From Octopus vulgaris (lineage: Eukaryota), in contig OX597814.1 in NCBI GenBank assembly GCA_951406725.2, forward strand, positions 176,886,001-176,950,000: 64,000 nt of DNA. Direction: 5' to 3'. The notes under the pieces are model-generated. The model ran no database searches, had not been told where the DNA came from, and was given only the letters and a program-made list of their open reading frames with translations. The position numbers were made by a program, and so were the translations under genes. Below, one piece after another: positions 28,470 to 42,419 of the stretch. How positions within the stretch are numbered: position 1 is the stretch's first letter; every line of letters starts with the position of its first letter.

Positions 28470-28865
28470 CTAGCAGTATAGCCCAGCATTGCTCGGGCTT
28501 GTTTTCTTTTTGACCCTTTAGAATTGGAATTTTTGAAAAGTAAAAATTTTGCATTTTGTAGCTTGGTATTCTCTTTAAGTGAACATTTTTCTGGTTGAAA
28601 TACACCAAAAAATGGCAACACAGCAGTCAAAAAATCATAAAAAATAATGATTTTCATAGAAAAAAAGCACCTTTTTGATGTAAATAATTTTTAGTGTTAA
28701 CATGGTCCAATTTGAATTTTTTCTTCTGCAGAAGGAAGAGCAAGCTTTCTTCTATCATACTCTCAATTTTGGTCAACTTGCACCGCAGGGTCTCGGAGGA
28801 GATAGTGTTAGTTGAAGGCTACCAAACCTGCCATACACAGACAACTTCAGCTTTATATATCTAGA
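28470..28865 (-). mobile_element. Non-autonomous Helitron (family 2, copy 1)
   Basis: Minus strand TC...CCCGAGCAATGCTGGG..CTAG; similar to 57596-57981. Confidence 0.8.
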
Positions 28866-29545
28866 TTGGCACTTATTTCTCTACAAAGATGCATGACCTT
28901 GTGGTTAGAGTGTGTCAGACTCAAAATTACAAGATAGTGATTTTGTCTCCTGTACCAGGCTGTTTGTTTGTCCTTAAGCTAGGCACTTTATTTCTCATTG
29001 GCTTAGTCGACTCAGCTGAAAATGAATACCAACAGCAGCTGCTGGAGGTTCACCTTGTGACAGACTGGCCTCAAATCAGAAACTGAATTAAGTTCCAGCC
29101 TAAAAGTCTGTAAACTTGAGAAACACTGACTATTTTAACTTATTTTTCTGCTTTATAAAAGATGGCAGATTATATTCGAACACAGTAGGAACTACATACA
29201 CAAACATGAAATATTCAGTGCAATCTAATATCTTGCTAAGTATTGTTTACTCTGGTCCACTCTGTAAAATGGTTGGTGTTAGGAAGGGCATCCAGCCTTA
29301 AAAACCATGTCAAAACAGACAGAGGAGCTTAATTCAGACTTCTGGCTTGCCAGCTCCTGTCAAACTGTATAACATAGTAGCATGTAAGATGGATGTTAAA
29401 TGATGATGATAATGATATAGCTTACTCTTATTAAACTTACATCCTCGGATGTTTGAGAGAAAAATAGCATCTCTTTTTTCCCCACCTGAAACCACTTGTA
29501 CTTAAGTATTTGTGTGTGTATGTGCGTGTGTGCGTATTGATATAT

Positions 29546-29581
<36 letters not shown>

Positions 29582-29791
29582 GAAGGTTTGAAAATGCAAG
29601 TTTAAAAGATGTTTATTTACTTTACGGTTTCACTTTTTAGAATAAAGATTGTCAAAAGTAACATGTAAAGGCTTGGTTGTGTTAGTAACTGGTTGTCACA
29701 AAATACTACCATACACATATACATTCTTTGATAACAAGAACATATTAAGAACAGTCCACAAGGGAAAATCTTGGGAAAATATAACACTTTG

Positions 29792-29849
<58 letters not shown>

Positions 29850-30637
29850 AAGAATTTAGTAACTTTGTGAGATATGAAATGAATCGTTATCAACTGGAGC
29901 TTGAAATAGATAAAATTGTAAATGAAAGGATGTAGAATGTCTGTTATGCTTACAGAAGATAGGTTTGAGTCCCATGGGCAGCCTTCAGCTTTTCCATCCA
30001 AGGTTTTTTTTAACCCTATTGCTTTATCAACTTCGAATTCCACTGTTAAAAATGATTTATTTCACATATCTCAAGATCTCATGACATAACTGATAACTTG
30101 AGATTTTATATGATCAGGAGGAGTTCCTGTTCCCTCTGCTGCTTCCCCGATGAGCGCCCTTTCCTGTGACTGCAGCCAATGGCGGTGGCGGACAGTGTTT
30201 TCATGTCGTGGCCGCCTCTCAACTGGATGGGGCCCTGGGACGATGGGATCCCGGAGCTGCAATGTGCGTTCGAGGTGTCAATGTTCACTGAGTCCTGCAA
30301 TTTGTATCAGTTCATGTGATAGCCGCGCTCTTCATCAACAGATGAGCCGAGTGATCTCCTGTCCAGGATTTCAGTATTTGCTACTACTGACGACCACATA
30401 CTGAAAAGGGATGTGGTGCGATGCCGCATGCAGGAAGGTAAAACAAATTGAAATGGAAACTGAGCAATGGTCTAACTTAAATTTACAGACAGTGTGCTAA
30501 ACCTTTCCAAACACCTGATTATACAGAAAATTAAATAAAACATTTAGGCTGTCTACTCTTTAGAAATATGGTCACAAAAGAGCTACATTTAATAATCACT
30601 TTGATTGCTAATTTAGATTTTTTTCGTGATGTTTCAG

Positions 30638-30686
30638 ATAACTTATGCTTTGCAGGCTGAAGAACTATGGAATATGGGATTTACTG
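30638..30686 (+). CDS. MBTPS1: S1P coding exon 6
   Basis: tttcag|ITYALQAEELWNMGFT g|gtaaat. Confidence 0.93.
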
Positions 30687-30799
30687 GTAAATATAACTAA
30701 TCTATTTAGTTTTCCTACATTTAATTATTTCTTTTAAATTAAGTTGTGATACTGTATATGACATATTGTGGTTTTACAAATCTAATGGTTGTATCATTG

Positions 30800-31113
30800 G
30801 TGGAGGCACATGGCCTAGTGGTTAGAGCAGCGGACTCGCGGTCGAGGGATTGTGGGTTCGAATCTCAGACCAGGCGATGTGTGTGTGTTTATGAGCGAAA
30901 CACCTAAGCTCCACGCGGATCCGGCAGAAGGTAATGGCGAACTTTTGCCGACTCTTTCACCACTGCTTTCTCTCACTCTTTCCTCCTGCATCTTGCAGCT
31001 CACCTGCGAAGGACTGGCGTTCCATCCAGGTGGGGAACCTATACGCCAAGGAAACCAGGAAACTGGCCCTTATGAGCTAGGCATGGCTCGAGAAGGAACA
31101 AACAACAACAAAC
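30800..31113 (+). mobile_element. Full-length young tRNA-derived SINE
   Basis: A box TGGCCTAGTGG, B box GGTTCGAATCT, (CAA)n tail, 16-bp TSD AATGGTTGTATCATTG (30784-30799, 31114-31129). Confidence 0.9.
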
Positions 31114-31913
31114 AATGGTTGTATCATTGTGGTGAATGAAAGTGCATAACAGTATGGAATAATAAGTTTGATCATGATTTATTACCACTGGCTTTTTTTT
31201 TTTAAAGATGACTTATGATTATACGGCTGTTGTTCTGTAGGTTTAAAATGGTTGAGCAGATCTGTAATCAAGGAAGTTCCAGCCATGACTATCCTACCAT
31301 TGTAGCAAATATAAACTTATCTTGTAGTACATCAATATGTCTTTCTCATTCTTTTAAGATGGTATAGCACAATTTGAGAGAGATTTGGCTACTATTTTTT
31401 GCTAGGCGAGTAACTGCACAGAAGCTCTCTCACTGGTGGTAGTGGTTAACCTCAGTCAATTCTGCTGCTACCAATGAAATGTTTGCATTTCATCATCATC
31501 ATTGTTTAACGTTTGCTTTGCATGCTAGCATGGGTTGGACAATTTGACTGATGTCTGGTGAACCAGAAGGCTGCACCAGACTCCAATCTGATCTGGCAGA
31601 GTTACTACAGCTGGATGCCCTTTCCTAACGCCAACCACATAGCCATGCATGTCAGTTTTGAAAACATTGGGACTTAGAAGAGCTGCTTGAAATGCATGTG
31701 TGGACATTGTTTTGAGTATTTTGCCAAATATTATTGGCATAGAAAAGCATGAGAAAAAAAAATTATTATCAGGGTTGTAATAATTGAAGTTGTTACAAAG
31801 AAACATTTTGGTAAAAAAATGAAATTCATGTTTGTTGCCATAGTAGATTTTGAATTGAGATCTGTTAGGTACATATTCAAATAATGGTTTTGCATTTTGA
31901 ATTCTTTTTACAG

Positions 31914-32030
31914 GAGCTGGAGTGAAAGTTGCTATATTTGACACCGGTTTAGATGAAAATCACCAACATTTTAAAAAGGGTCGGATTAAAGATCGAACGA
32001 ATTGGACTCATGAGAAAACCTTAGATGATG
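31914..32030 (+). CDS. MBTPS1: S1P coding exon 7 (catalytic Asp)
   Basis: tttacag|[39 protein letters not shown] g|gtttgt; FDTG Asp codon at 31940-31942. Confidence 0.97.
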
Positions 32031-33168
32031 GTTTGTAAAGAAATATACTTTATTTTCCATGTCTCTTTGTCTTTCTGTCAGTTTGTCTTCCCATTCTTGA
32101 ACTTTTTAGCATTCGCATTATTCTGTCAAATGTAATGCTTTTTCATTCACATTGTTTTGAATTAATCATACATTGTTTTGTAACGTTGAAATCATGATAA
32201 TTATGATGATGTGACTGTGTATTTTATAATAGTGTTGAAGGGTATGTGTGATAGGTTGGATCTGGCTGGTTAGAACATAAAACAGATAGCATAATTAGGT
32301 CAGATATGGGTGGTTTGAATGTTAAAGGGTAAAGGTTTGGGAAGGCAATAACATTGCTCTCCCTACTCCAGAGAGTAAAAGTGAAAATAAATATAAAGTA
32401 ATTAAATGGCTGCAAAATTGCTTCCAAAATATATAGTTATTTGCTGTGTTTACAAATTTGAGAAATTGCTTAAGCCTTTGAGAGATTGCTTAGTATTTAA
32501 ACTGCATATCTGGTCCAAATATTCTACCTGTTTTACATTCAAACTAGCCAGCTGTGGCATCTCACACCTACCTTATAATGTCATTCTAAAAATTAGCAAT
32601 CACATCATTGGAATCTTGGAGCTATGAGATAATGCATGATTAACTCAAAGCAATGAGAGTAAATAAGCATTACATTTGATTGAATAATCTAAATGCTGAA
32701 GGGATATTAAAAAAATGCTAATTAAAATTGTATGTGAAATTCATTGATTAGTGAAATCTTTGTTAGGCTGTTTTACTTTATATTTATTTTTGAGATGAAG
32801 TAAATATCCCTCCCTCTCGTGTTGGAGCCCCTGTAAATAGACAAGAGCATTGTCCCTACTCTTGATTAACCCTTTAGCATTCCGATTATTCTGTCAAATG
32901 TAATGCTGATTTATTCACATTATTTTGAATGAATTATGAAGGATCATGTAGCTTTGAGATTTTGATGAAGTAATTGTTTATTGTTAGAATGACATTGTAG
33001 GGTAGGTGTGAGAGGCATTAGTTGGCCTGGGGCTATAACAAAAGACACTAGCTCAAGGTGCCACACATTGGACTAAACCCAGAATTATGAGTTGAGAAAG
33101 CTTATAACAAAGTGAACCCTGCTAAAGGGACACAAGGAGCATATAATTGTGTTAAGCCAGTCATTTAA

Positions 33169-33388
33169 CCCTTTCGTTACCAACCCGGCTGAAGCTGGCT
33201 CTGGCTCTGAGTACAAATGTCTTGTTTTCATAAGTTTTGAATTAAAATCTTCCACCAAACCTTAGTCACAATTGATGTTCTGAACACTAGCTGAATGATA
33301 ACTAAGTTATTTTACTAATTTCTTTGTTATATTTAAAGTAATTGAAAGAAAATCAGAGCATCTCAAAATAAATACAGTAACAAAAGGG
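33169..33388. mobile_element. piggyBac-type MITE (family P1)
   Basis: TTAA-CCCTTTCGTTAC...GTAACAAAAGGG-TTAA; further copies at 54086-54306 and 54602-54966. Confidence 0.85.
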
Positions 33389-34036
33389 TTAAGTCTACCA
33401 CTCATGAAGTGGTGTACTTCATCTGATAACAGAATCATAAAGTTCTTTCCTGAGCCCTATAAACTCATAGGGCCAGTTTCCATGGCATATATATTTCCCA
33501 CCTGGATGGGCTGCTAGTCTGTTGCAGGATTACACGTTTTTGCCAGCTGAGTAGACTAAAGCAATGTGAAATGAAGTGTCTTGCTCAAGAACACATGTTG
33601 CCTGGTCCAGGATTCGAAACCACAACCTTGCAATCATGAATTCAGCACCCTAACCACTAAGCCACACATCTCCACACTTCATCTGATGGGCTTCAGTACA
33701 GTTTCTATCCACTCTGTTTAATTGACAAGTCTTCTTGGGTTCACCTGATGCTGTGGCTGAAAACACTTACCCCAAAGTACTACTCTGTGGCACTAGCGCA
33801 TGAGCCACTTGACTATGATGTGAACTTATTAACCACATGACCATGCAGTTCATATGTACTCCCAACATGCACATAGTTAATTTGTTATGATGTCGGACTT
33901 AAAGCAGTGTTACTATCAGATTTTTGTCCTTCATATTTTAATATCTGGTGATTATCCAATCATTGGATAAATTAACAAAAAAAAAAAAACTGTTCATGTT
34001 AAATATTATTTACAATATCTGTATTTTGTGTTTTAG

Positions 34037-34146
34037 GTCTTGGACATGGTACATTTGTTGCTGGTGTTATTGCCAGTTCAAAGCAATGCTTAGGATTTGC
34101 ACCTGATGCTGATATTTATGTGTTTCGTGTGTTCACAAACAATCAA
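34037..34146 (+). CDS. MBTPS1: S1P coding exon 8 (catalytic His)
   Basis: ttttag|[37 protein letters not shown]|gtaagt. Confidence 0.98.
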
Positions 34147-35965
34147 GTAAGTGTTTGAATTTCATGTGTTTTTTACATTACATTCTGGGCTTCCGTGCCC
34201 TTGACTGGCTTCCGTGCCAGTGGCATGTAAAAACCACCAACTGATTGTGGCTGCTGCCAGCCTACCCTAGCACTTGTGCTGGTGGCATGTAAAAAGCACC
34301 CACTACACTCATGGAGTGGTTGGCGTTAGGAAGGGCATCCAGCTGTAGAAACGCTACCAGATCAGGCTGGAGCCTGGTGCAGCCTCCTGGCTTCCCAGAC
34401 CCTGATCAAACCGTCCAACCCATGCTAGCATGGAAAACGGATATTAAACGATGATGATTACAATTTAGTGAAGGTGCATGGTATTTGGCTCATTTAGTGG
34501 TACGGGTATTCGGCTCATGATCGCAAGGTCATGAGTTCAATTCCTGGCGACGTGTTGTGTCCTTGAGCAAGACATTTTATTTCATGTTGCTGCAGTCTAT
34601 TCAGCTGGTAAAAATGAAAAAAATGAGTAGTACCTGTATTTCAAAGGGCCAGTGTTGTCACACTCTGTGTCATACTGAATCTTCCTGAGAACTATATTAA
34701 GGGAACATGTGTCTGTGGAGTACTCAGCTACTTGCAGTAGTCATGGCCTTTTATAGACCACTGAGATTGGTAGGATGGTGGAGGAAGGTGTCCCTTAAAC
34801 TGGAGATCCATCCTGAATGCTTACACAGCAGAAGTGTTAAGACTGGTCCTTCTGGTGGTGTAAAGCACTCATGATGGTACCATGTAAAAGCAACCGTGTG
34901 GTGCCATGCAAAAGTGCCCAAGCAGGACTACGTAAAAGCACTCATGTGGCACCATGTAAAAGTGCCTCTGCAGCACCACATAAAAGCATACGTGCAGTAC
35001 CATGCAAAAGCACCCACCACATTCTATAAAGTGGTTGGAGGAGCTTCCAACCATATAAACCATGCCAAATCAGACTGGAATCTGGTGCAGCTCCCCAGTT
35101 TCCCAGCTCAGGTCAAACTGTCTAACCCATGCCAGCATGGACAACAGGCGTTAAATGATGGTGATAATGATAAATTCAAAGGTCCAGGTAATTTTGTTAA
35201 ATTGGGTGAAGGATTAAGCTTGACTTTTAGTCATAGTTTTGTCTGTTGCGTGGTGCCAATGTGGAAATCTTATTTTATGTTTTATCAATCTGTTTGATGT
35301 GGAGGAGCTTTGCTCTCCTCGATTAGTTAGATTGGTGTAGTTGGCACATTTAGAGAAGATGGGTATTTATTGCAGGGTCTGTGAAGATTCAGTAATGGCA
35401 GTTTGAGAACTTCTATGTAGGTATTTGACAAACCTTTGTGTCTTTCAAATTCCAAACTCTCTATACTCTTTGAAACAGAGACACACTTCAAATAGTTTTG
35501 AATTAGAATTAGTAGTAATAAATTTGTGGTATATAGGTTTAAAAAATATTGAGACTGATGCCAGTGCCGCCTTGACTGGCTTCTGTGCTGGTGGCACGTA
35601 AAAAGCACCAACTGATCATGGCTGTTTCCAGCCTCCCCTGGCACCTGTGCCGGTGGCACGTAAAAAGCACCCACTACACTCACAGAGTGGTTGGTGTTAG
35701 GAAGGGCATCCAGCTGTAGAAACACTGCCAGATCAAGACTGGAGCCTGGTGCAGCCTCCTGGCTTCCCAGACCCCGGTCGAACTGTCCAATCCATGCTAG
35801 CATGGAGAACGGACGTTAAACGATGATGATGATGATGTATTGGCTGCAGTTCTATTTCCATAGCAAATTAGAGCTAGGGTTATTTGAAAATGACATTCAT
35901 CTATGATTTTGTTTATTTAATGTAACTTTTCTTCTATTTAAAAGAAATCTTTCTTTCTCTTATAG

Positions 35966-36118
<153 letters not shown>

Positions 36119-37888
36119 TAAGAAATTTGATATTTTTTCCTCCTTTTAATCTTTTAGACGGGAGGGAAGGCAATGATGATGACTCTTTACAGGATCTCTG
36201 AATACTGGTGGGGGTCGAAGGAGGAAGGTATCCTCAAACTGGAAACCTTCCCCAAATGCTTGCAATAAAGCTCACTTGGCTAAAGGCATCCACCTTGCCA
36301 GATATTGGCATTAAACAGGGTGATGGATTAAGCTTTTCACTCAGGTAGGTCATGGTGGGATTTAAACTCAGAAAGCAAAGAGCCAACACAAATACTACAA
36401 TATATCCAGGTTGATTCCCTACAATTCTAGCAATCCACTGATCTGGATTAGTTATTTTTTTACTGGCCCTGAAAGGATGAAAGGCACAATTGACCTCAGT
36501 GGGATTTGAACTCCTGTTTTCTCCTGTATTCAGTGTGAACAACTTCCTCTTGTATTATTCGAACAAGGAATTTATTTCAGTTTTCATTTATGCAAAAAAA
36601 AAAAAAAGATTTGTCTAATCTTTAATTATTGGTCAGTGCAGAATTATAAGTTGTTTTTTTAACTTTGGAAAGTCAAACTAAATTTTTATAAAAGACAAAA
36701 TGTTTTTACTTAGAAAAACCATTAAAAGAATTTCAGTTCCAAGGTCATGATTGAAATCCATTCTTTGAAGAATGGGTTTTTGACAGCTGAACAGATTATG
36801 CACATGAAGAAAAGCTTAAATAGAGTTAGGATTAATGGTCTGTAATCATCACAGCTAATTTTTTTGTCTAGAGCATCTGTTTTGTAAGTTTTGTATTTGT
36901 AACCCTTACTAATAAAATGCAAAATGTAGAAGCTTAAACCAACACTAGACATATCACATGCACTGGTTGTGAGGGCAACAATGGCTGAAGACCAAAACTA
37001 TAGAAGTTGTAAGGTTATCTTATGGTTTCAGTGTTCCGCAGAAGAGTCTTTTTATAACAAGGTAAAGTTATGTATTTGATTCAAGAACTTGGTATCATTG
37101 AAACTCAAGTCAGCTCTGTTTGAGCAGACCTACGGGGAAAGTTGTTCCAGCTGTGACCATCTTGTCTTCTTTCTTTTTCTAAATTCTTTAGCCATGTGAG
37201 ATAGAAGGCAACCTCACTTGATGCTAGTGCCATGAAAAAACACCCTGTACACTCTGTAAAATGGCTGATGAATCAGGCAGAGATAACATTGAAATGAAAG
37301 GACTGTATTCATTACTGAGGGAAAGATAACCTCTTTAATGCTGGTGCTATTAAAAATACACCTAGTACACTCTGTGTTGGTGTTGGGAAAGGCAATCAGC
37401 CTTCATGCCAAAACTGAGACAAGATGTAGAAAGGTAAAAAAGGTAAAATTACCTTTTAAAGTCATTCCACCTCATAAGGGCCGGTTTCTGGGCTTCATGG
37501 CATATGTATTGCCCACCTGGTCAGGACGCTGGTCCATTGCAGGATTACTAATTTTTGCTGACTAAGTGGACTGGAGCAACATGAAATGAATTGTTTTGCT
37601 CAAGAACACAACATGTCGCTCAGTCCAGGATTTGAAACCACACTCTTACGATCATGAGTCCAACTTCTTAACCACTAAGCCATGCACCTTCATGACAAGA
37701 CATATTCCTCTGCCCCGTTGGATTCTGTTGAACTATCCAATCCATGCTAGTAATGGATTGATGTAATGATAATGATGATTGAAGTTTCTAGTAATGCTCA
37801 TTGCTGTTTGTAAATGCTCACACAGTTTAATGTGTGAGGTCCAAGCATGTTCTTCCTCTTCCATTCCACTTACTCTACGTATATATAT

Positions 37889-38122
37889 GGCGGCGAACTG
37901 GCAGAATCGTTAGCACGTCGGGCGAAATGCTTAGCGGTATTTCATCTGCCGCTACGTTCTGAGTTCAAATTCCGCCGAGGTCGACTTTGCCTTTCATCCT
38001 TTCGGGGTCGATAAAGTACCAGCTTCACACTGGGGTCGATGTAATCGACTTAATCCCTTTGTCTGTCCTTGTCTGTCCTTGTCTGTCCCCTCTATGTTTA
38101 GCCCCTTGTGGGCAATAAAGAA
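37889..38122 (+). mobile_element. tRNA-SINE family A inserted next to the exon 10 acceptor
   Basis: GGCGGCGAACTGGCAGAATCG...GAGTTCAAATTCC...AATAAAGAA flanked by (AT)n. Confidence 0.9.
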
Positions 38123-38139
38123 ATATATATATATTTCAG

Positions 38140-38207
38140 GTATGGGAATTAACTGCCAATAAAGTCATTATGATATCTGCTATAGGAAATGATGGACCAC
38201 TTTATGG
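38140..38207 (+). CDS. MBTPS1: S1P coding exon 10 (oxyanion-hole Asn)
   Basis: tttcag|[22 protein letters not shown] gg|gtaggt. Confidence 0.97.
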
Positions 38208-38842
38208 GTAGGTATATCATTTGGCTTATTTAAAAAAAAAATTATTCAGTTTCAGTTGTCGTTTCTTCATTTTAAAATTTAATTCCAGAAAAAGTAAATT
38301 ATTTTGGGCAATTTAAATGTTTGAATGTAAAGCATATATTGCTCTATTTATTTTAGTTAGACTCAAATGGAAACAGTTATCATTATTATCTCATAGCTAA
38401 GTGAAATACATTATAATAGAACACTGTTATAAGCCATTGCTACTATCAATTCATTTCTCTTTTATCATCATCATCATCACCATCATCATTATAATCATCG
38501 TCATCATTGTTTAATGTCCACCTTCCATGCTAGCATGGGAGGGATGGTTTCACAAGAGCCAGCCATGCAGACGCCTGCACCAGGCTTCTGTGACTGTTTT
38601 GCCAGGATTTTTACCGCTGGATGCCCTTCCTAACACCAGCGACTCAGCAGAGTTAACATTTTATGCTGTGTCAGCTTTTCTGAAAAACTGAGTCTTTGTA
38701 GATCTAAACTAATTAGCTTTCACCTCCTAAAATATAAACCCTTAACATTATTTTACATAGCATTTGTAGTCATGGTCAATGCTGGTGTCATGTCAACGAC
38801 ACCCATGCTAGTGGCACATAAAAAGCACTCACTACACTCTTG

Positions 38843-39048
38843 TTGTTGTTGTTGTTAAGCAACAAGACGAGTAAGGGTGATTAGGTGATGGTCTAGGGCT
38901 TAGGGGCGTAGACCCCAGACCTTGGAAATAAAAAAAAAAACTTTGGTTGTCTTGTAGTTGAGGGCTCATCGTTGATGCCCGACACCACTGGGAGGTGGCC
39001 CTCAAAGTCGCTGGAAATGGAGATCTCCAGGTCCAAATTCTTGAATGG
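38843..39048 (-). mobile_element. 5'-truncated (CAA)n-tailed retroposon nested in a SINE
   Basis: Perfect 15-bp TSD CTCACTACACTCTTG at 38828-38842 and 39049-39063. Confidence 0.85.
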
Positions 39049-39572
39049 CTCACTACACTCTTGGAGTGATTGGTGTTAGGAAGGGCATCCAGCCGTAGAA
39101 GTCATATCAAATCAGACTGGAACCTGGTGCAGCTCCCTGGCTTATCAATTTTCAGTCAAACCATCCAACCATTGCCAGTATAGAAAGCAGATGTTACATG
39201 ATGACGGTGATGATGACACACATCAATCAGTTTACATGTCCAACACATTATAGTTGTTACTCCTGAAGTATATGAGTTGATAGCTTTTATATCCAGATGT
39301 CTTCAGCTTTTTTCATGTCTAGTTGTTCTAGTAAATTAACATTGCATACCTTACTGATCACATCCAACTCATTTCTTCTTGCCAAATCACTCAAAATCAT
39401 TATTCTCTCTTATATCACATCACATACACAAATACCTGCAGTTTAGTTTTTTTTTCAGTAAAACCCTTTAAAAATCTTGAATAAAGTATACTTAGAAGTT
39501 TAATAAATTCTGATAGCCACAATATGGTTTACACTATGTACCATCCCTATTTAGTCGTTGAGTGTGTATTGA

Positions 39573-39842
<270 letters not shown>

Positions 39843-40608
39843 TAGAAATGACTGTGCGGTAAGTAGCTTGCTTACCAACCACATGGTTCCAGGTTCAGTC
39901 CCACTGTGTGGCACCTTGGGCAAGTGTCTTCTACTATAGCCTCAGGCTGACCAAAGCCTTGTGAGTGGATTTGGTAGACAGAAACTGAAAGAAGCCCATC
40001 GTGTATATATATACATATATATATATAATGTATGTGTGTGTGTCTGTGTTTGTCCCTCTCCCCCATCACTTGACAACCAATGGTGGTGTGTTTACGCCCC
40101 CGTAACTTAGCGGTTCAGCCAAAGGCACCGATAGAATAAATACTAGGCTTACAAAGAATAAGTCCTGGGATCGATTTGTTTGACTAAAGGTGGTGCTCCA
40201 GCATGGCCGCTGTCAAATGACTGAAACAAAAGTAAAAGTAAAAGAAGTGGTCAGTTAATTTGAGTGGTTAAGATGGTTAACTATTGGTTCAAAGTTTGGA
40301 ACTTCATTGCGTTATACCCAGAAAATTACTTTGTTTAGAATGTAGAAGTCTGCACATTGTTTATATTATATAGGTATATTTAAAATCACATTTGGTAATG
40401 CTAGTTACTTGGCCAGCAACAGAACTTGTGCCTTTGGGATTGTCTTGTCCCTTTTTGTAATTGCTGAGTAGCTGGTTGAAAGTAAGATATAGTTGCTAAA
40501 AGCAAACTAACTGTACTTTATAGTCACATGTAAAGATCTGAGTGATTTTTTAATTAAAATTATATGGAATATTACTTTGAGATGAATGTTTGTTTATTGG
40601 AGTAAGGG

Positions 40609-40658
40609 AACTTTGGGACAGCTGTGTTTTGACCTTGTGTGTCTCCTCAGCCAAAGTT
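40609..40658 (-). ncRNA. Type I hammerhead ribozyme relic (one core substitution)
   Basis: Minus strand AACTTTGG-CTGAGGA-GAC acacaag GTC-AAAA(for GAAA)-C acagct GTC^-CCAAAGTT. Confidence 0.65.
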
Positions 40659-41042
40659 ACTTCAAAACTACAACAACGCTTAGCATATTCACATTTGAAT
40701 GAGAATGGAGACTTGAGTTAAGCTTTGTTTAACTATGAATCATATTTATATATATATATATATATATAGTTGAAATTTACAGAAAAACAAAAGACGAAGA
40801 CAGGTCTATTAGTTTGATACTTGGGAAGGTGAGAAAGTGTTTTACATTTCGAGCCTATGCTCTTCAACTGAAAGGAACACAAGGAAATAGAGAATAAAAA
40901 AAATATATCTATCTTATGTATGCATACATATGTATGTTTATATATATCATCTCTGCTTCTTCCTTCTTTGTTATCTATTTTAATTAAAGACATATCAGCA
41001 TAAACCACGAGTTTCCCATTGTTATTATATCCATTTTCTTCT

Positions 41043-41083
<41 letters not shown>

Positions 41084-41333
41084 TATGTATTTATATGTAT
41101 ATCTTATGTATGTATATACATATCTTTTGTATGTATGTATATATATATATATATATGTATTTCTATGTCTTGTTATATTTGTACTATATTAATGTATAAT
41201 ATCATTGCTATTATGTAGTGGTTTAATAAAGTATTGATTGGGTATTATCTGATAGTTGATGATTGATTTAGATATATTTCTCCATTTTCTCATTTTGTAT
41301 ATATATATATATATATCTGAGATTTATCATTGT

Positions 41334-41369
<36 letters not shown>

Positions 41370-41508
41370 GCAAGATTTTTTATGTGAAGTCTTGTGTTGA
41401 AACAGATATAACAATATATATATATATATGTCTGTGTGTGTTTCTTTAGGATATATTCAGTTACATTTTCTATTTGTAATTTCAACTTAAAAAACACATC
41501 ACTTACAG

Positions 41509-41585
41509 GAGTTACCTGCTGGATATGGTCGACTGAAGCCAGATATTGTTACATATGGATCTGCTGTAAGGGGTTCTAGTCACAA
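41509..41585 (+). CDS. MBTPS1: S1P coding exon 12
   Basis: ttacag|[25 protein letters not shown] aa|gtaag. Confidence 0.97.
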
Positions 41586-41912
41586 GTAAGAATTCTTTAT
41601 CTATTTGATTCTTTCCTTCTCTCTCACATTTTGTTTGATGTTTAGAAGAATGCTTTTCTTTTTCCTTCCTTTTTCTTTAATGATTTTCTTTGGAATGAGG
41701 AACTGAACCCAGATCCATTTATATGTTCTTTGTTCTCTATTTTTTTTTACTGTTTAACTAGTTTATTTATCACGTTCAATAGTATCAAGTGAAAACAAAT
41801 AGATATTTTATCTCTCTCTGTCTCTCTATTTCCCCTATCTCATTTCTCTTTCTTTCTTTTGTTGAAGGATATTCAGGCTAATCTACACTTCTTACAAAAA
41901 AAAGTACTTTAA

Positions 41913-42374
41913 CCCTTTAGTGTTTAAACTGGCCAAATTCGGCCCAATATATTCTACATGTTTTATATTCAAACTGGCGATATCTAGCCTCTCAATCCTA
42001 ACCTACAATGCCATTCTGAAAATTAACAATCACATCATTGAAACCTCAAAGCTATAAGATAATGCATAATTAATTCAAAACAATTTGAGTGAAAAAGTAT
42101 TACATTTAACAGAGTATTCTGAACACTAAAGGGTTGTTAAATTACACTCTTTAACTCTTTAGCATTCAAATTACTTTGTCAAATATAAGGCTTATCTATT
42201 CACTTTGTTTTAAATTTATCATTCACTATCTTGTAGCTTCAAGATATTGATCATGTGATGGTGTATTCTTAGAATGACATTGTAGGGTATATGTGAAAGG
42301 CCAGTTCTATTTGGTCTAAGCATTAAACAGGTAAAATACTTGGGCTGGATATGGCTGGTTTGAATGCTAAAGAG
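41913..42374. mobile_element. Inverted pair of piggyBac-type MITEs (family P2)
   Basis: TTAA-CCCTTTAG...CTAAAGGG termini; copies 41913-42133 and 42155-42374; others at about 32100-32331, 32480-32704, 32870-33030, 49092-49500. Confidence 0.78.
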
Positions 42375-42419
42375 TTAAATCTATATTGCAGTAATGTTTG
42401 ACTATATTTTATTCCACAG

